A stretch of 64,000 bases of DNA, from NCBI GenBank assembly GCA_040389905.1, contig JAZJZK010000014.1:32001-96000 (forward strand), in the 5' to 3' direction. Source of the DNA: Gemmatimonadota bacterium (GTDB taxonomy: Bacteria; Gemmatimonadota; Gemmatimonadetes; Gemmatimonadales; Gemmatimonadaceae). Shown here in pieces: positions 20,456-28,946 of the stretch. Made by a program: the position numbers and the translations under genes. The notes under the pieces were generated by a model. The model did no database searches, was not told the DNA's origin, and saw nothing but the letters and a program-made list of their open reading frames with translations. Every line of letters starts with the position of its first letter. Position 1 is the stretch's first letter.

Positions 20456-22594
20456 ATGTCACACACGCACGCCGCGCCATCCAAAGCTGCTCGAAAGCCC
20501 GCGCCGACGAAATTCGACCCTCGTTTCGACTGGCGCCGAATCGCGTACAACGTCCTCGTGTCGCGCGCGCTCGACGATCTCGAGGAAGCCACGAATCGAA
20601 ACCGCACGACGGTTCCGCGCGAGCATCTGGTTCTCTACCAGTTCTCTGCGCGCGGCCACGACGTCGGCCAGGCGATTCTTGGCTCTTTGCTGAACCATCG
20701 TCACGATGGCATCGGGGCGTACTACCGTTCACGTCCGCTGCTCCTTTCGATCGGCCTCTCAATCGAAGATGCGCTCGGAAGCCCGCTCGGCCGAGCTGGT
20801 GGGTTCAGCGACGGACGGGATATCGGCGTCGTCTGCAACATCCCCGGATGGAACGGCGCGACCGTGCTGCCAATGTCGGGCGACGTGGGTTCCCAGTACA
20901 CACCTGCCGCCGGGTGGGCGCAGTCCATTACCTACCGGGCCGGCACCCTTGACGAGAGCGAGTGGTCTGGCGCCATCGGTGTTGCACTCGGCGGCGACGC
21001 CAGCGTGGCGACGAATGGTTTCTGGTCCTCGCTCACGATTGCGACCACGTTGAAGCTTCCGATGTTGTTTTACATCGAGGACAACGGACTCGGCATCTCC
21101 GTGAAGGGAGAGATGCAGACGCCCAATGGCAACATCGCGGCGAATCTCTCGGCGTTCGGGAATCTGCTCGTGCGCACTGGCGACGGATGTGATCCGGCCG
21201 ACGCCGCCAGGTTGATGGCAGAGTGCGTCGATCATGTTCGCAGTGGCGCGGGTCCCGCACTGGTCCGCGTGACGGTACCGCGGCTGTGCAGCCATTCCGG
21301 GCCGGACAACCAGAAGGGGTATCGAACGGACGCCGAGATCGCCGATGATGCGGCTCGAGATCCGTTGCCACGGTTGCGCAGCTATCTGGTGCCGGACTTC
21401 ATGTCCGAGAGCAATTGGAGCGCGCTCGAGAGCGAGGTGGTGCGCGACGTCGAGACCGGGCTCCTGGCGGCGCGTGCGCGTCCCGTTCCGAATGCCGCCG
21501 ATGTAAAGCGATTCGTCTTTGCCGAGTCGGTGCGCGAGGGAGATGCGCCGACGTTCGGAGGACTCAGTGCGTTGGAGCGAAGCACCCTCGGTGGAACGGA
21601 TGTGCCGGCGGAGGGTGGCGACGTGATGCGATTGGCGGAAGCGGTTCGTCGCACGCTGGCCACGGAACTCGATGCCAACCCTAAGGTGCTTGTCTTCGGG
21701 GAAGACGTCGGCCGGAAGGGTGGCGTGCACCTCGTTACTGAAGGCCTGCAGAAGCGGTTCGGCGGTGATCGGGTCTTTGACACGAGCCTCTCCGAGGAAG
21801 GCATCATCGGCCGTGCGGTGGGAATGGCGGTGAATGGATTGATGCCCGTAGCCGAGATTCAATTCCGCAAGTACGCCGACCCCGCGCACGAACAACTCAA
21901 CAACTGCGGGACGATGCGCTGGCGCACCGCGAATCAGTTTGCGGCGCCAATTGTCGTGCGCATGCCTGGTGGATTCGGGAAGGATGTCGGGGACCCGTGG
22001 CACTCGCTTTCGTCGGAAGTAACGTGGGCGCATGCGTTGGGCTGGCAGGTCGCGATGCCGTCGAACTCTGCGGATGCCGTGGGACTGTTGCGCGCGGCGA
22101 TGCGCGGCGCGAATCCGACCATCTTCTTCGAGCATCGGTCGCTGTTGATGACGAGCGACGGAAGTGCGCGTTATCCGGGTGACGACTACGTCCTGCCCTT
22201 CGGACGCGCGAACCTGCTGCGCGCGGGGGACGGCGTGACCGTCGTGACATGGGGTGCGATGGTGCACCGTTGCGTGGATGCCGCCGCGCAATTCAGCGGA
22301 GACGTGGAGCTCATCGACCTCAGGACGATCGTCCCGTGGGATCGCGAGGCGGTGCTCGCCTCGGTACGCAAGACGGGCAAGTGCCTTATCGTGCATGAAG
22401 ACACCACGACAGCGGGCTTCGGTGCCGAGATTGCGGCGGTGCTGGCGCGTGAGGCGTTCTGGTTTCTCGATGCGCCGATCGAGCGGTTGACGGTGGAGGA
22501 TGTACCAATGCCGTATCATCAGGTGCTTTTGGAGGCGGTGCTCCCCGATGCTGGCCGGATTGCCGTGGCAATTCAGGAATTGCTGACTTCGTAA
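20456..22594 (+). CDS. Fused alpha/beta E1 of a branched-chain-type 2-oxoacid dehydrogenase (TPP-dependent)
   Basis: YYRS, GGDAS..N TPP motif, HSGPD, FGEDVG, FDTSLSEEGI, EIQF, DLRTI.PWD. Confidence 0.9.
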   Translation: MSHTHAAPSKAARKPAPTKFDPRFDWRRIAYNVLVSRALDDLEEATNRNRTTVPREHLVLYQFSARGHDVGQAILGSLLNHRHDGIGAYYRSRPLLLSIGLSIEDALGSPLGRAGGFSDGRDIGVVCNIPGWNGATVLPMSGDVGSQYTPAAGWAQSITYRAGTLDESEWSGAIGVALGGDASVATNGFWSSLTIATTLKLPMLFYIEDNGLGISVKGEMQTPNGNIAANLSAFGNLLVRTGDGCDPADAARLMAECVDHVRSGAGPALVRVTVPRLCSHSGPDNQKGYRTDAEIADDAARDPLPRLRSYLVPDFMSESNWSALESEVVRDVETGLLAARARPVPNAADVKRFVFAESVREGDAPTFGGLSALERSTLGGTDVPAEGGDVMRLAEAVRRTLATELDANPKVLVFGEDVGRKGGVHLVTEGLQKRFGGDRVFDTSLSEEGIIGRAVGMAVNGLMPVAEIQFRKYADPAHEQLNNCGTMRWRTANQFAAPIVVRMPGGFGKDVGDPWHSLSSEVTWAHALGWQVAMPSNSADAVGLLRAAMRGANPTIFFEHRSLLMTSDGSARYPGDDYVLPFGRANLLRAGDGVTVVTWGAMVHRCVDAAAQFSGDVELIDLRTIVPWDREAVLASVRKTGKCLIVHEDTTTAGFGAEIAAVLAREAFWFLDAPIERLTVEDVPMPYHQVLLEAVLPDAGRIAVAIQELLTS

Positions 22595-22948
22595 CTGACG
22601 TACGAAGTACTCTGACCCGGTACCCGGACTGGCCCGACGCCAAAGAGAGCCATAGACGGCTCGGTCGCGCCACGACATCGCAGTTGTCCCCGATGTATCA
22701 CGGATCGGTTTGGCAATTCAAGGGCTGCTCTCGGCATAAACACCTTGACTGACGTACGAGGTACCCGGACTGGGTACCCGGACTGGCCCGACGCCAAGAA
22801 GAGCCATAGACGGCTTGTTTGCGCCACGACATTGCGGTTCGCTACGCTGCGTGACGAAGCGTTGTCGGAGTGCTGGATGGGTCGATGGCTCTCTTTGGGT
22901 TGGATACCAGTCAGGGTACCGGGTCAGAATACGTCGTACGTCTGTTAC
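22591..22948. repeat. Composite element: two ~90-bp direct copies plus one inverted copy, giving ~67-bp terminal inverted repeats (MITE/REPIN-like)
   Basis: 22591-22657 GTAACTGACGTACGAAGTACTCTGACCCGGTACCC...CCAAAGAGAGCCATAGAC matches the reverse complement of 22881-22948; second direct copy at 22748-22839. Confidence 0.85.
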
Positions 22949-22959
22949 CGGTTGTACGC

Positions 22960-22988
22960 TTGACTCGCGCATCAAGCGCCCATACTTT
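22960..22988 (+). promoter_or_regulatory. Putative sigma70 promoter for the MATE leader
   Basis: TTGACT-N17-TACTTT. Confidence 0.45.
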
Positions 22989-23160
22989 GCGAAAACCCCA
23001 ACAGAGAGTCTCTGGTGCGCCTCGTAGCCCTTGTCCTCACGTTCGATTGCACGCCGTCGGCCGACGCAAGTCAGGCGGGCATGGGCGTCGTCGTGAGCAC
23101 GAACCGCGCAGGCAGCGAACCGGGGTAGCGAGCTCTCGCACCCAGTTCCAGGAGCGAACC

Positions 23161-23205
23161 ATCGCCCCGCCTGCGCAGCCCCGCAGGCGGGGCGATCTCG
23201 TTTTT
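23161..23205 (+). terminator. Intrinsic terminator/attenuator upstream of the MATE gene
   Basis: Perfect 15-bp stem ATCGCCCCGCCTGCG / CGCAGGCGGGGCGAT, 6-nt loop, then CTCGTTTTT. Confidence 0.75.
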
Positions 23206-23256
23206 GGCATTGCGCCACCGCAATTCGGTGACGCCACACTCTCGTAAGGATCACAA

Positions 23257-24684
23257 ATGCATTCGAGTGTTCAGTCATTGGAAACTTCGTCCCCCGCGAC
23301 GCCATCGGTCTGGGCGGCGATTCGCGAAGCGCTCTCCGGCGCGCATGGACGCGATTTTACGGAAGGACCCATCGGCCGAGCGATCTTCATTCTCGCCGTG
23401 CCGATGGTGCTCGAGATGATCATGGAGAGCGTTTTCGCCGTCGTCGATGTGTTCGTCGTCGCGCACCTCGGCGCCGATGCGGTCGCGACGGTCGGCCTCA
23501 CCGAGTCGTTCATGACGCTGCTCTACGCGCTCGCGATGGGCGTGAGTATCGGTGCGGGCGCGATGATCTCGCGACGCATTGGCGAGAAAGATGCCGAGGG
23601 CGCCGCGCACACCGCGGCGCAGGTCCTTCTGTTCGGCTTTCTCGCGTCAATCATCATGGGAATTTTCTTCATCGCGTTTGCGCCGCAGCTCATGTCGGTC
23701 ATGGGCGCATCGCCAGGCGTGCTGAAGAACCTCGCGTTCACGCGAGTCATGCTGGGGTGCAACTTCAGCGTCGTGATGCTGTACCTGGTGAACGCCGTGT
23801 TCCGCAGCGCGGGGGACGCAGCCATCTCCATGCGCGTGTTGTGGCTCGCCAACGCAATCAACATTGCGCTCGGGCCAACGCTCGTGTTCGGATGGGGGCC
23901 GTTTCCGGAAATGGGCATCGTCGGCGCCGCGATCGCGACGACGATCGGACGAAGCATCGGAGCGCTGTACGCGATCAGCAAGCTGTTTCGTCCTGGTTCT
24001 CGCGTTCATGTGCGCCGGCCTCACTTCGCGTTCGATCCCGGCCTCATCCTGCGCGTCATCCGGTTGTCCGGCGCCGCGACGTTCCAGGTGTTCATCGGGA
24101 TGGCGAGCTGGATCGGACTCGTGCGGATTGTCGCGCAGTTCGGGAGTGCTGCGCTGGCCGGTTACACCATCGGGTTCCGGATCATCATCTTCGGGCTCCT
24201 GCCGTCCTTCGGCGTAGCGAATGCGGCCGCGACGATGGTGGGTCAGGCGTTGGGTGCGAAGAAACCAGAGCGTGCCGAGACGGCAGTGTGGACAGCGGCG
24301 GCGTACAGCGCGGCGTTCCTTGGGTTGGTGGGGGTGCTGTTCGTCGTATTCGCGGGGCCGATCGTCGATCTGTTCACGAGGGAAGCCGACGTCGCACGCT
24401 ACGGCGTTGGCACACTTCGCACGGTGGCCTGCGGGTTCCTGTTTTATGCCTACGGCATGGTGCTCACGCAGTCTTTCAACGGTGCAGGTGACACACGCAC
24501 GCCGACGGTGATCAACTTGATCGTCTTCTGGTTGCTCGAACTGCCATTGGCGTGGTTTGCGGCGGATTATCTCGGGTTCGGGCCACAGGGGGTGTTCGTC
24601 GTGATTACAGTGGCGTTTTCGTTGCTCGCGGTGGTGAGTGCGGTGATGTTCAAGCGAGGAAGTTGGAAAACACGCGTCGTCTGA
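23257..24684 (+). CDS. MATE family efflux transporter
   Basis: About 12 hydrophobic segments; LAVPMVLEM, VD..VAHLG..AVA.VG, FRSAGDA, FNGAGDTRTP; AAGGA upstream. Confidence 0.93.
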   Translation: MHSSVQSLETSSPATPSVWAAIREALSGAHGRDFTEGPIGRAIFILAVPMVLEMIMESVFAVVDVFVVAHLGADAVATVGLTESFMTLLYALAMGVSIGAGAMISRRIGEKDAEGAAHTAAQVLLFGFLASIIMGIFFIAFAPQLMSVMGASPGVLKNLAFTRVMLGCNFSVVMLYLVNAVFRSAGDAAISMRVLWLANAINIALGPTLVFGWGPFPEMGIVGAAIATTIGRSIGALYAISKLFRPGSRVHVRRPHFAFDPGLILRVIRLSGAATFQVFIGMASWIGLVRIVAQFGSAALAGYTIGFRIIIFGLLPSFGVANAAATMVGQALGAKKPERAETAVWTAAAYSAAFLGLVGVLFVVFAGPIVDLFTREADVARYGVGTLRTVACGFLFYAYGMVLTQSFNGAGDTRTPTVINLIVFWLLELPLAWFAADYLGFGPQGVFVVITVAFSLLAVVSAVMFKRGSWKTRVV

Positions 24685-24740
24685 TACCACCGACCGCCAT
24701 CATCTCGAGCTCCCAGCCCGGAGGACTCAACTTGATTGAG

Positions 24741-24777
24741 GAACGGATCTGACGGGTGCAACGGAAACAACACGGAA
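24741..24777. repeat. Downstream inverted-repeat arm of the GxxExxY gene
   Basis: GAACGGATCTGACGGGTGCAACGGAAACAACACGGAA abuts the stop codon; ACGG at 24743, 24752, 24761, 24772. Confidence 0.8.
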
Positions 24778-25197
24778 CTAGTGGTCATCAAGGACTCTCG
24801 GCGAGACCAACCGGTAGAACTTTGGATCGGGGCCGTAGTGAAGAACAAGCCCCACGTCGATGGAACCGCAGCGAAGACAATTGAGTAGCTGACGCTGAGA
24901 TGTTGGTGGAAGAATAGCGGACGACTTTGCTTCAACCACGACGCGTTCTTCCACCAACAAGTCGCATCGATACCGCCCCGCGATGAATCCCTTGTAGTAG
25001 ATCATTACAAGCGCCTCCTGCCTTACATGAAGACCACGAAGGCGTAGTTCAATCGCGAGAGCGTTCACGTAGACTTGCTCGAGGAAGCCAAACCCAAGTG
25101 TGTTGTACGTCTCGTAGAACGCGCTGATAATGGTACCTGTGAGCTCCCGCTCCAGGAGTCGACCCCTTTGCGCTCGATCTGGCTGTTTCCGTTGCAT
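24778..25197 (-). CDS. GxxExxY family protein (PD-(D/E)XK nuclease-like)
   Basis: LGFGFLEQVY motif; RCDLLVEERVVVEAK; QLLNCL...GLVLHYG. Confidence 0.9.
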   Translation of the reverse strand: MQRKQPDRAQRGRLLERELTGTIISAFYETYNTLGFGFLEQVYVNALAIELRLRGLHVRQEALVMIYYKGFIAGRYRCDLLVEERVVVEAKSSAILPPTSQRQLLNCLRCGSIDVGLVLHYGPDPKFYRLVSPRVLDDH

Positions 25198-25213
25198 CCG
25201 TCAATATCCGCTC
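25184..25213. repeat. Upstream inverted-repeat arm of the GxxExxY gene (contains its ATG)
   Basis: Reverse complement GAGCGGATATTGACGGATGCAACGGAAACA matches the arm at 24741-24769. Confidence 0.8.
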
Positions 25214-25276
25214 CTTAATCTGCAGAAGCGTCATCAAATTCACTCAGCCCGAATCATTCGAGCGAATCTCCGAGTA

Positions 25277-25795
25277 TCAGATGCTTTTGAACAACTCGAA
25301 CGGCTGCCTGCACGCCCGGCACCAGCATACCGCCTTGCACGCCGTCGATCCGTATTCCGAGCGAGTCTCCGTCTCATACGAATCGCAATACGGACACTGG
25401 ACTGAAGGTCGCACACGCAGCAGTTGCACGAGGTCGCCAGGGGAATCTGTCCGCAGCGGCGGCGCTATTCCATATGCCTTGAGCTTTGCCCTGGCTTCCG
25501 GCGGAATCCAATCGGTCGTCCACGCCGGCGCATAGACCGTCCGCACCAACACGTCGGCAACGCCCGCCGTTCGAATCGCGGAAATGATATCCGCCTCGAT
25601 CACCGCGATTGCCGGACATCCACTGTACGTCGGCGTCACCGTGACGATGACCGCGCCAGACGAATCGACGGACACATCGCGCACGATCCCAAGTTCCCGC
25701 ACGCTCAAGACCGGAACTTCGGGATCCATCACCGAATCGAGAATCCCCAGGATGTCCTCGCGCGTGAACGCACGAGGCGCGACGCCGTCTACCAC
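25277..25795 (-). CDS. paaD: Phenylacetyl-CoA epoxidase subunit D
   Basis: GTG 25795; DPEVPVLSVRELG, TPTYSGCPA, PAWTTDW, CPYC...STACKA...C..C. Confidence 0.92.
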   Translation of the reverse strand: MVDGVAPRAFTREDILGILDSVMDPEVPVLSVRELGIVRDVSVDSSGAVIVTVTPTYSGCPAIAVIEADIISAIRTAGVADVLVRTVYAPAWTTDWIPPEARAKLKAYGIAPPLRTDSPGDLVQLLRVRPSVQCPYCDSYETETRSEYGSTACKAVCWCRACRQPFELFKSI

Positions 25796-26586
25796 GTCGC
25801 GCCTGGATGCGACCGCGCGACGATCTGCATCTCGGCGAGCATGTGGCCCAGGAACTCGGTATGCGCGCCGCACCTGCCGCCGCGCGCACTGGCGGCGCGC
25901 GGCACATCGTGCGGAACGGTCAATGTCGCGCGATCCAGCACGTCGCGCACGAGCGTATCCCACTGCGTGCGCACCGCAGACAATTCGGGTGCGGCGCCAG
26001 CCTCGAGCATCGTACGATCGACATCGTCCGGCGCGAACAACTCTGCTGTGAATCGCCATAAATCATCGACTGCGCACTGCGCGCGGCGATGACTCTCCTC
26101 AGTACCGTCGCCGAGCTTGAGCATCCATTCACCGCTATGGCGGACGTGGTACTTCGCTTCCTTCAATGCTTTCGCGGCAATGGCTGCAATCTCTGGATCG
26201 CTGCCCTTGGCGAGTCCGTCGAGCATCACCACGGCATAGACGTCGAAGAGGAACTGCCTCGCAATCGTGAACGCAAAATCGCCGCGCGGAAGTTCCACGA
26301 GCTGGCAGTTCCTGAATTCCACGGCCTCGCGGAAGTACGCGAGTGCGTCCTCGTCGCGCCCCTTCCCTTCCTCTTCGCCCGCCAGGCGGAGAAACATGGT
26401 CGCCTGGCCGATGAGGTCGAGCGCGACATTCGACAGCGCGATGTCCTCCTCGAGGATCGGACCGTGACCGCACCACTCACTCAGCCGGTGGCCAAGAACG
26501 AGGCGATCATCCCCAAGACGCAGCAGCAATTCGACGCGCGCATTCGGCGGTTCGACAGCAGCGGGTACAACGGACGGCGCGGTCAT
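25789..26586 (-). CDS. paaC: Phenylacetyl-CoA epoxidase subunit C
   Basis: LGDDRLVLGHRLSEWCGHGPILEEDIAL, KEAKYH, HPGATW. Confidence 0.95.
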   Translation of the reverse strand: MTAPSVVPAAVEPPNARVELLLRLGDDRLVLGHRLSEWCGHGPILEEDIALSNVALDLIGQATMFLRLAGEEEGKGRDEDALAYFREAVEFRNCQLVELPRGDFAFTIARQFLFDVYAVVMLDGLAKGSDPEIAAIAAKALKEAKYHVRHSGEWMLKLGDGTEESHRRAQCAVDDLWRFTAELFAPDDVDRTMLEAGAAPELSAVRTQWDTLVRDVLDRATLTVPHDVPRAASARGGRCGAHTEFLGHMLAEMQIVARSHPGATW

Positions 26587-26927
26587 ACGCCGCGAACGCC
26601 GCGGGGCACCTTGTAGAACTGCGGATGACGATAGGCCTTGTCGGCACCCGGATCGAAGAAGGGGCCGGCCTCTCCGGGTGATGATGCGGTGATCGCCCCC
26701 GCGGGCACCACCCACAGCGAGATCACCCCGCCACGACGAGCGTACACGTCGCGCGCGTTCTGAAGTGCCTGCTCCGCGTCGGTTGCGTGGAGCGAACCGG
26801 CGTGCTCATGCGGCGCGCCTTGCTCGCTCTGCGTGAAGACCTCCCAGAGCGGCCACTGGCTGTCTGGAGCGATGGCCTCGGCTTGCTCGGCCGCCGCGTC
26901 GGGCTGATTCAACACCGTGCTCGACAC
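26583..26927 (-). CDS. paaB: Phenylacetyl-CoA epoxidase subunit B
   Basis: WPLWEVF, HAGSLHA, ARDVYARR, KAYRHPQFY. Confidence 0.93.
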   Translation of the reverse strand: MSSTVLNQPDAAAEQAEAIAPDSQWPLWEVFTQSEQGAPHEHAGSLHATDAEQALQNARDVYARRGGVISLWVVPAGAITASSPGEAGPFFDPGADKAYRHPQFYKVPRGVRGV

Positions 26928-26930
26928 GCG

Positions 26931-27905
26931 CTACGCCGCTGACGATGCGCGAGCAGCACGCTGCTTCGACGCATATGCACTCGCCGCCTCTCGCACCCAC
27001 GCGCCTTCATCGTGCGCCTTCCGGCGCGCCTCGAGGCGCTCACGGTTGCAGGGGCCGTTTCCGCGGACGACCTGATGGAACTCCTCCCAATCAATCGGTC
27101 CGAAATCCCAGTTCTCGGTTTCCGAATTGAATGTCAGCGCCGGATCGGGCAGTGTGAGATTGACGGCGGCCGCTTGAGGTACCGTCAAATTGATGAAACG
27201 TTGGCGCAATTCGTCATTCGTCTTGCGCTTCACCTTCCAACGGATGAGTTCGGCCGTATTGGGCGAGTCGGTGTCGCTCGGTCCGAACATCATCAGCGAC
27301 GGCCACCACCACCGGTTCACCGCGTCCTGCACCATGGCTTTCTGTGCGGGCGTTCCGTTGGCGAGCGTCGCGACGATTTCGTAGCCCTGACGCTTGTGGA
27401 AGTTCTCTTCCTTGCAGACGCGAATCATCGCGCGCGCGTAGGGGCCATAGGACGCCTTGGCGAGGATCGTCTGATTGACGATCGCCGCGCCGTCCACGAA
27501 CCAGCCAATGACGCCGATGTCCGCCCACGACAGCGTGGGATAGTTGAAAATGCTCGAGTACTTCGCGCGCCCATCGAGCAGCTGATCGATCAATTCCGCG
27601 CGGTCGACGCCGAGTGTCTCGGTGCCGCAATAGATGTAGAGGCCGTGCCCGGCTTCGTCCTGAACCTTGGCGATCAGCGAAACCTTGCGCCGCAGCGACG
27701 GGGCCCGCGTGATCCAGTTGCCTTCCGGAAGCATACCCACGATTTCGGAATGCGCGTGCTGCGACATCATGCGCACCAGCTGCCGTCGGTACTTCTCTGG
27801 CATCCAGTCCTTGGGCTCGATGCTCTCACCGGCGGCGATGCGAGCCTCGAAGGCTGCGACAAGCGCGGGATCTTCTGCGGGTGGGGTAGCGCGCGTCTGG
27901 TTCAC
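26931..27905 (-). CDS. paaA: Phenylacetyl-CoA epoxidase subunit A
   Basis: GTG 27905 after [39 protein letters not shown]. Confidence 0.96.
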   Translation of the reverse strand: MNQTRATPPAEDPALVAAFEARIAAGESIEPKDWMPEKYRRQLVRMMSQHAHSEIVGMLPEGNWITRAPSLRRKVSLIAKVQDEAGHGLYIYCGTETLGVDRAELIDQLLDGRAKYSSIFNYPTLSWADIGVIGWFVDGAAIVNQTILAKASYGPYARAMIRVCKEENFHKRQGYEIVATLANGTPAQKAMVQDAVNRWWWPSLMMFGPSDTDSPNTAELIRWKVKRKTNDELRQRFINLTVPQAAAVNLTLPDPALTFNSETENWDFGPIDWEEFHQVVRGNGPCNRERLEARRKAHDEGAWVREAASAYASKQRAARASSAA

Positions 27906-28026
27906 CAGGCCTCCAACAAGCCCGAAGGTAGTGCTGTATAACAGGTTGGCGTACCTCTTGAATCTATACTGCGATGGGCACGCCGGACAATCGACGCACA
28001 CGGCTCCAGCGAGATATCTTCCACTC

Positions 28027-28815
28027 ATGCTTATCAGGCCTGCGGTCCAGGGAACTACCGTCGCCGGCGGCGACGTCTCCGTGACGATTTCCGACGGCAT
28101 CGGCACGGTGCTGTTCTCGCACCCCAAGAGCAATTCGCTTCCGGCTGCATTGCTTCGCCGCATTGCCGAGGCGGTCACGTGGGTGGGCCGAGACGCCGCG
28201 GCCAAAGTGATCGTCCTGCGCAGCGAGGGAACGGGACCATTCTGCGCGGGTGCATCGTTCGATGAACTCGTCGGCATTGCGAGCGCGGAACAGGGAGAAG
28301 AATTCTTCAGCGGCTTCGCTCGCGTGATTCTCGCGATGATCACCGCGCCCAAGTTCGTGCTTGTGCGCGTTCATGGCCGGACCGCCGGTGGCGGTGTTGG
28401 CATCGCGGCGGCTGGGGACTACACCTTTGCGGTGAAGACGGCGTCCGCAAAACTCAGCGAGCTGGCGATCGGGATCGGTCCGTTCGTGGTCGGGCCTGTC
28501 ATCGAGCGCCGAATCGGGTGCGGCCCGTATGCCGCGATGTCCGTTGACGCCGATTGGCGCGATGCCGAGTGGGGCGAGCGCCATGGGCTGTACGCCCGCG
28601 TCTTCGATGACATCGCGTCCATGGATGCAGCGATCAATGCGCTGGCAGGGACGCTGGCGGCCTCGAACCCCGACGCGATGACTGAAATGAAGCGCGTCTT
28701 CTGGGAGGGAACCTCTCACTGGCCGGAATTTCTGGCCGAGCGTGCGAAGATTTCTGGGGGCTTGGTGCTTTCGGAGTTCACGCGCGCATCGATTGCAAAA
28801 TTCAAGGGGCGCTAG
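28027..28815 (+). CDS. Enoyl-CoA hydratase/isomerase (methylglutaconyl-CoA hydratase-like)
   Basis: ATG 28027; [31 protein letters not shown]. Confidence 0.85.
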   Translation: MLIRPAVQGTTVAGGDVSVTISDGIGTVLFSHPKSNSLPAALLRRIAEAVTWVGRDAAAKVIVLRSEGTGPFCAGASFDELVGIASAEQGEEFFSGFARVILAMITAPKFVLVRVHGRTAGGGVGIAAAGDYTFAVKTASAKLSELAIGIGPFVVGPVIERRIGCGPYAAMSVDADWRDAEWGERHGLYARVFDDIASMDAAINALAGTLAASNPDAMTEMKRVFWEGTSHWPEFLAERAKISGGLVLSEFTRASIAKFKGR

Positions 28816-28826
28816 GCAAACCCATC

Positions 28827-28909
28827 GAACGCGGATCGAGCGGATTGAACTGAAAACGCGCGGATCACTGATCAGAATTGATCCGCTTCAATCCGCTCAA
28901 TCCGCGTTC
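28827..28909. repeat. Intergenic inverted repeat with ~9-nt periodic GCGGAT units
   Basis: GAACGCGGATCGAGCGGATTGAA...GCGGATCA / TGATCCGCTTCAATCCGCTCAATCCGCGTTC, between convergent genes. Confidence 0.85.
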
Positions 28910-28946
28910 ACTGTGCCGCGACTCCTGCACTGACCCTGTGAGGCTG

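Noticed and set aside
22591..22948. Possible CRISPR array
   Set aside because: Only two long degenerate direct copies and one inverted copy; no regular repeat-spacer pattern and no cas genes
22718..23305. 195-aa minus-strand ORF across the repeat and MATE leader
   Set aside because: Runs through repeat DNA and a terminator; no protein-like features
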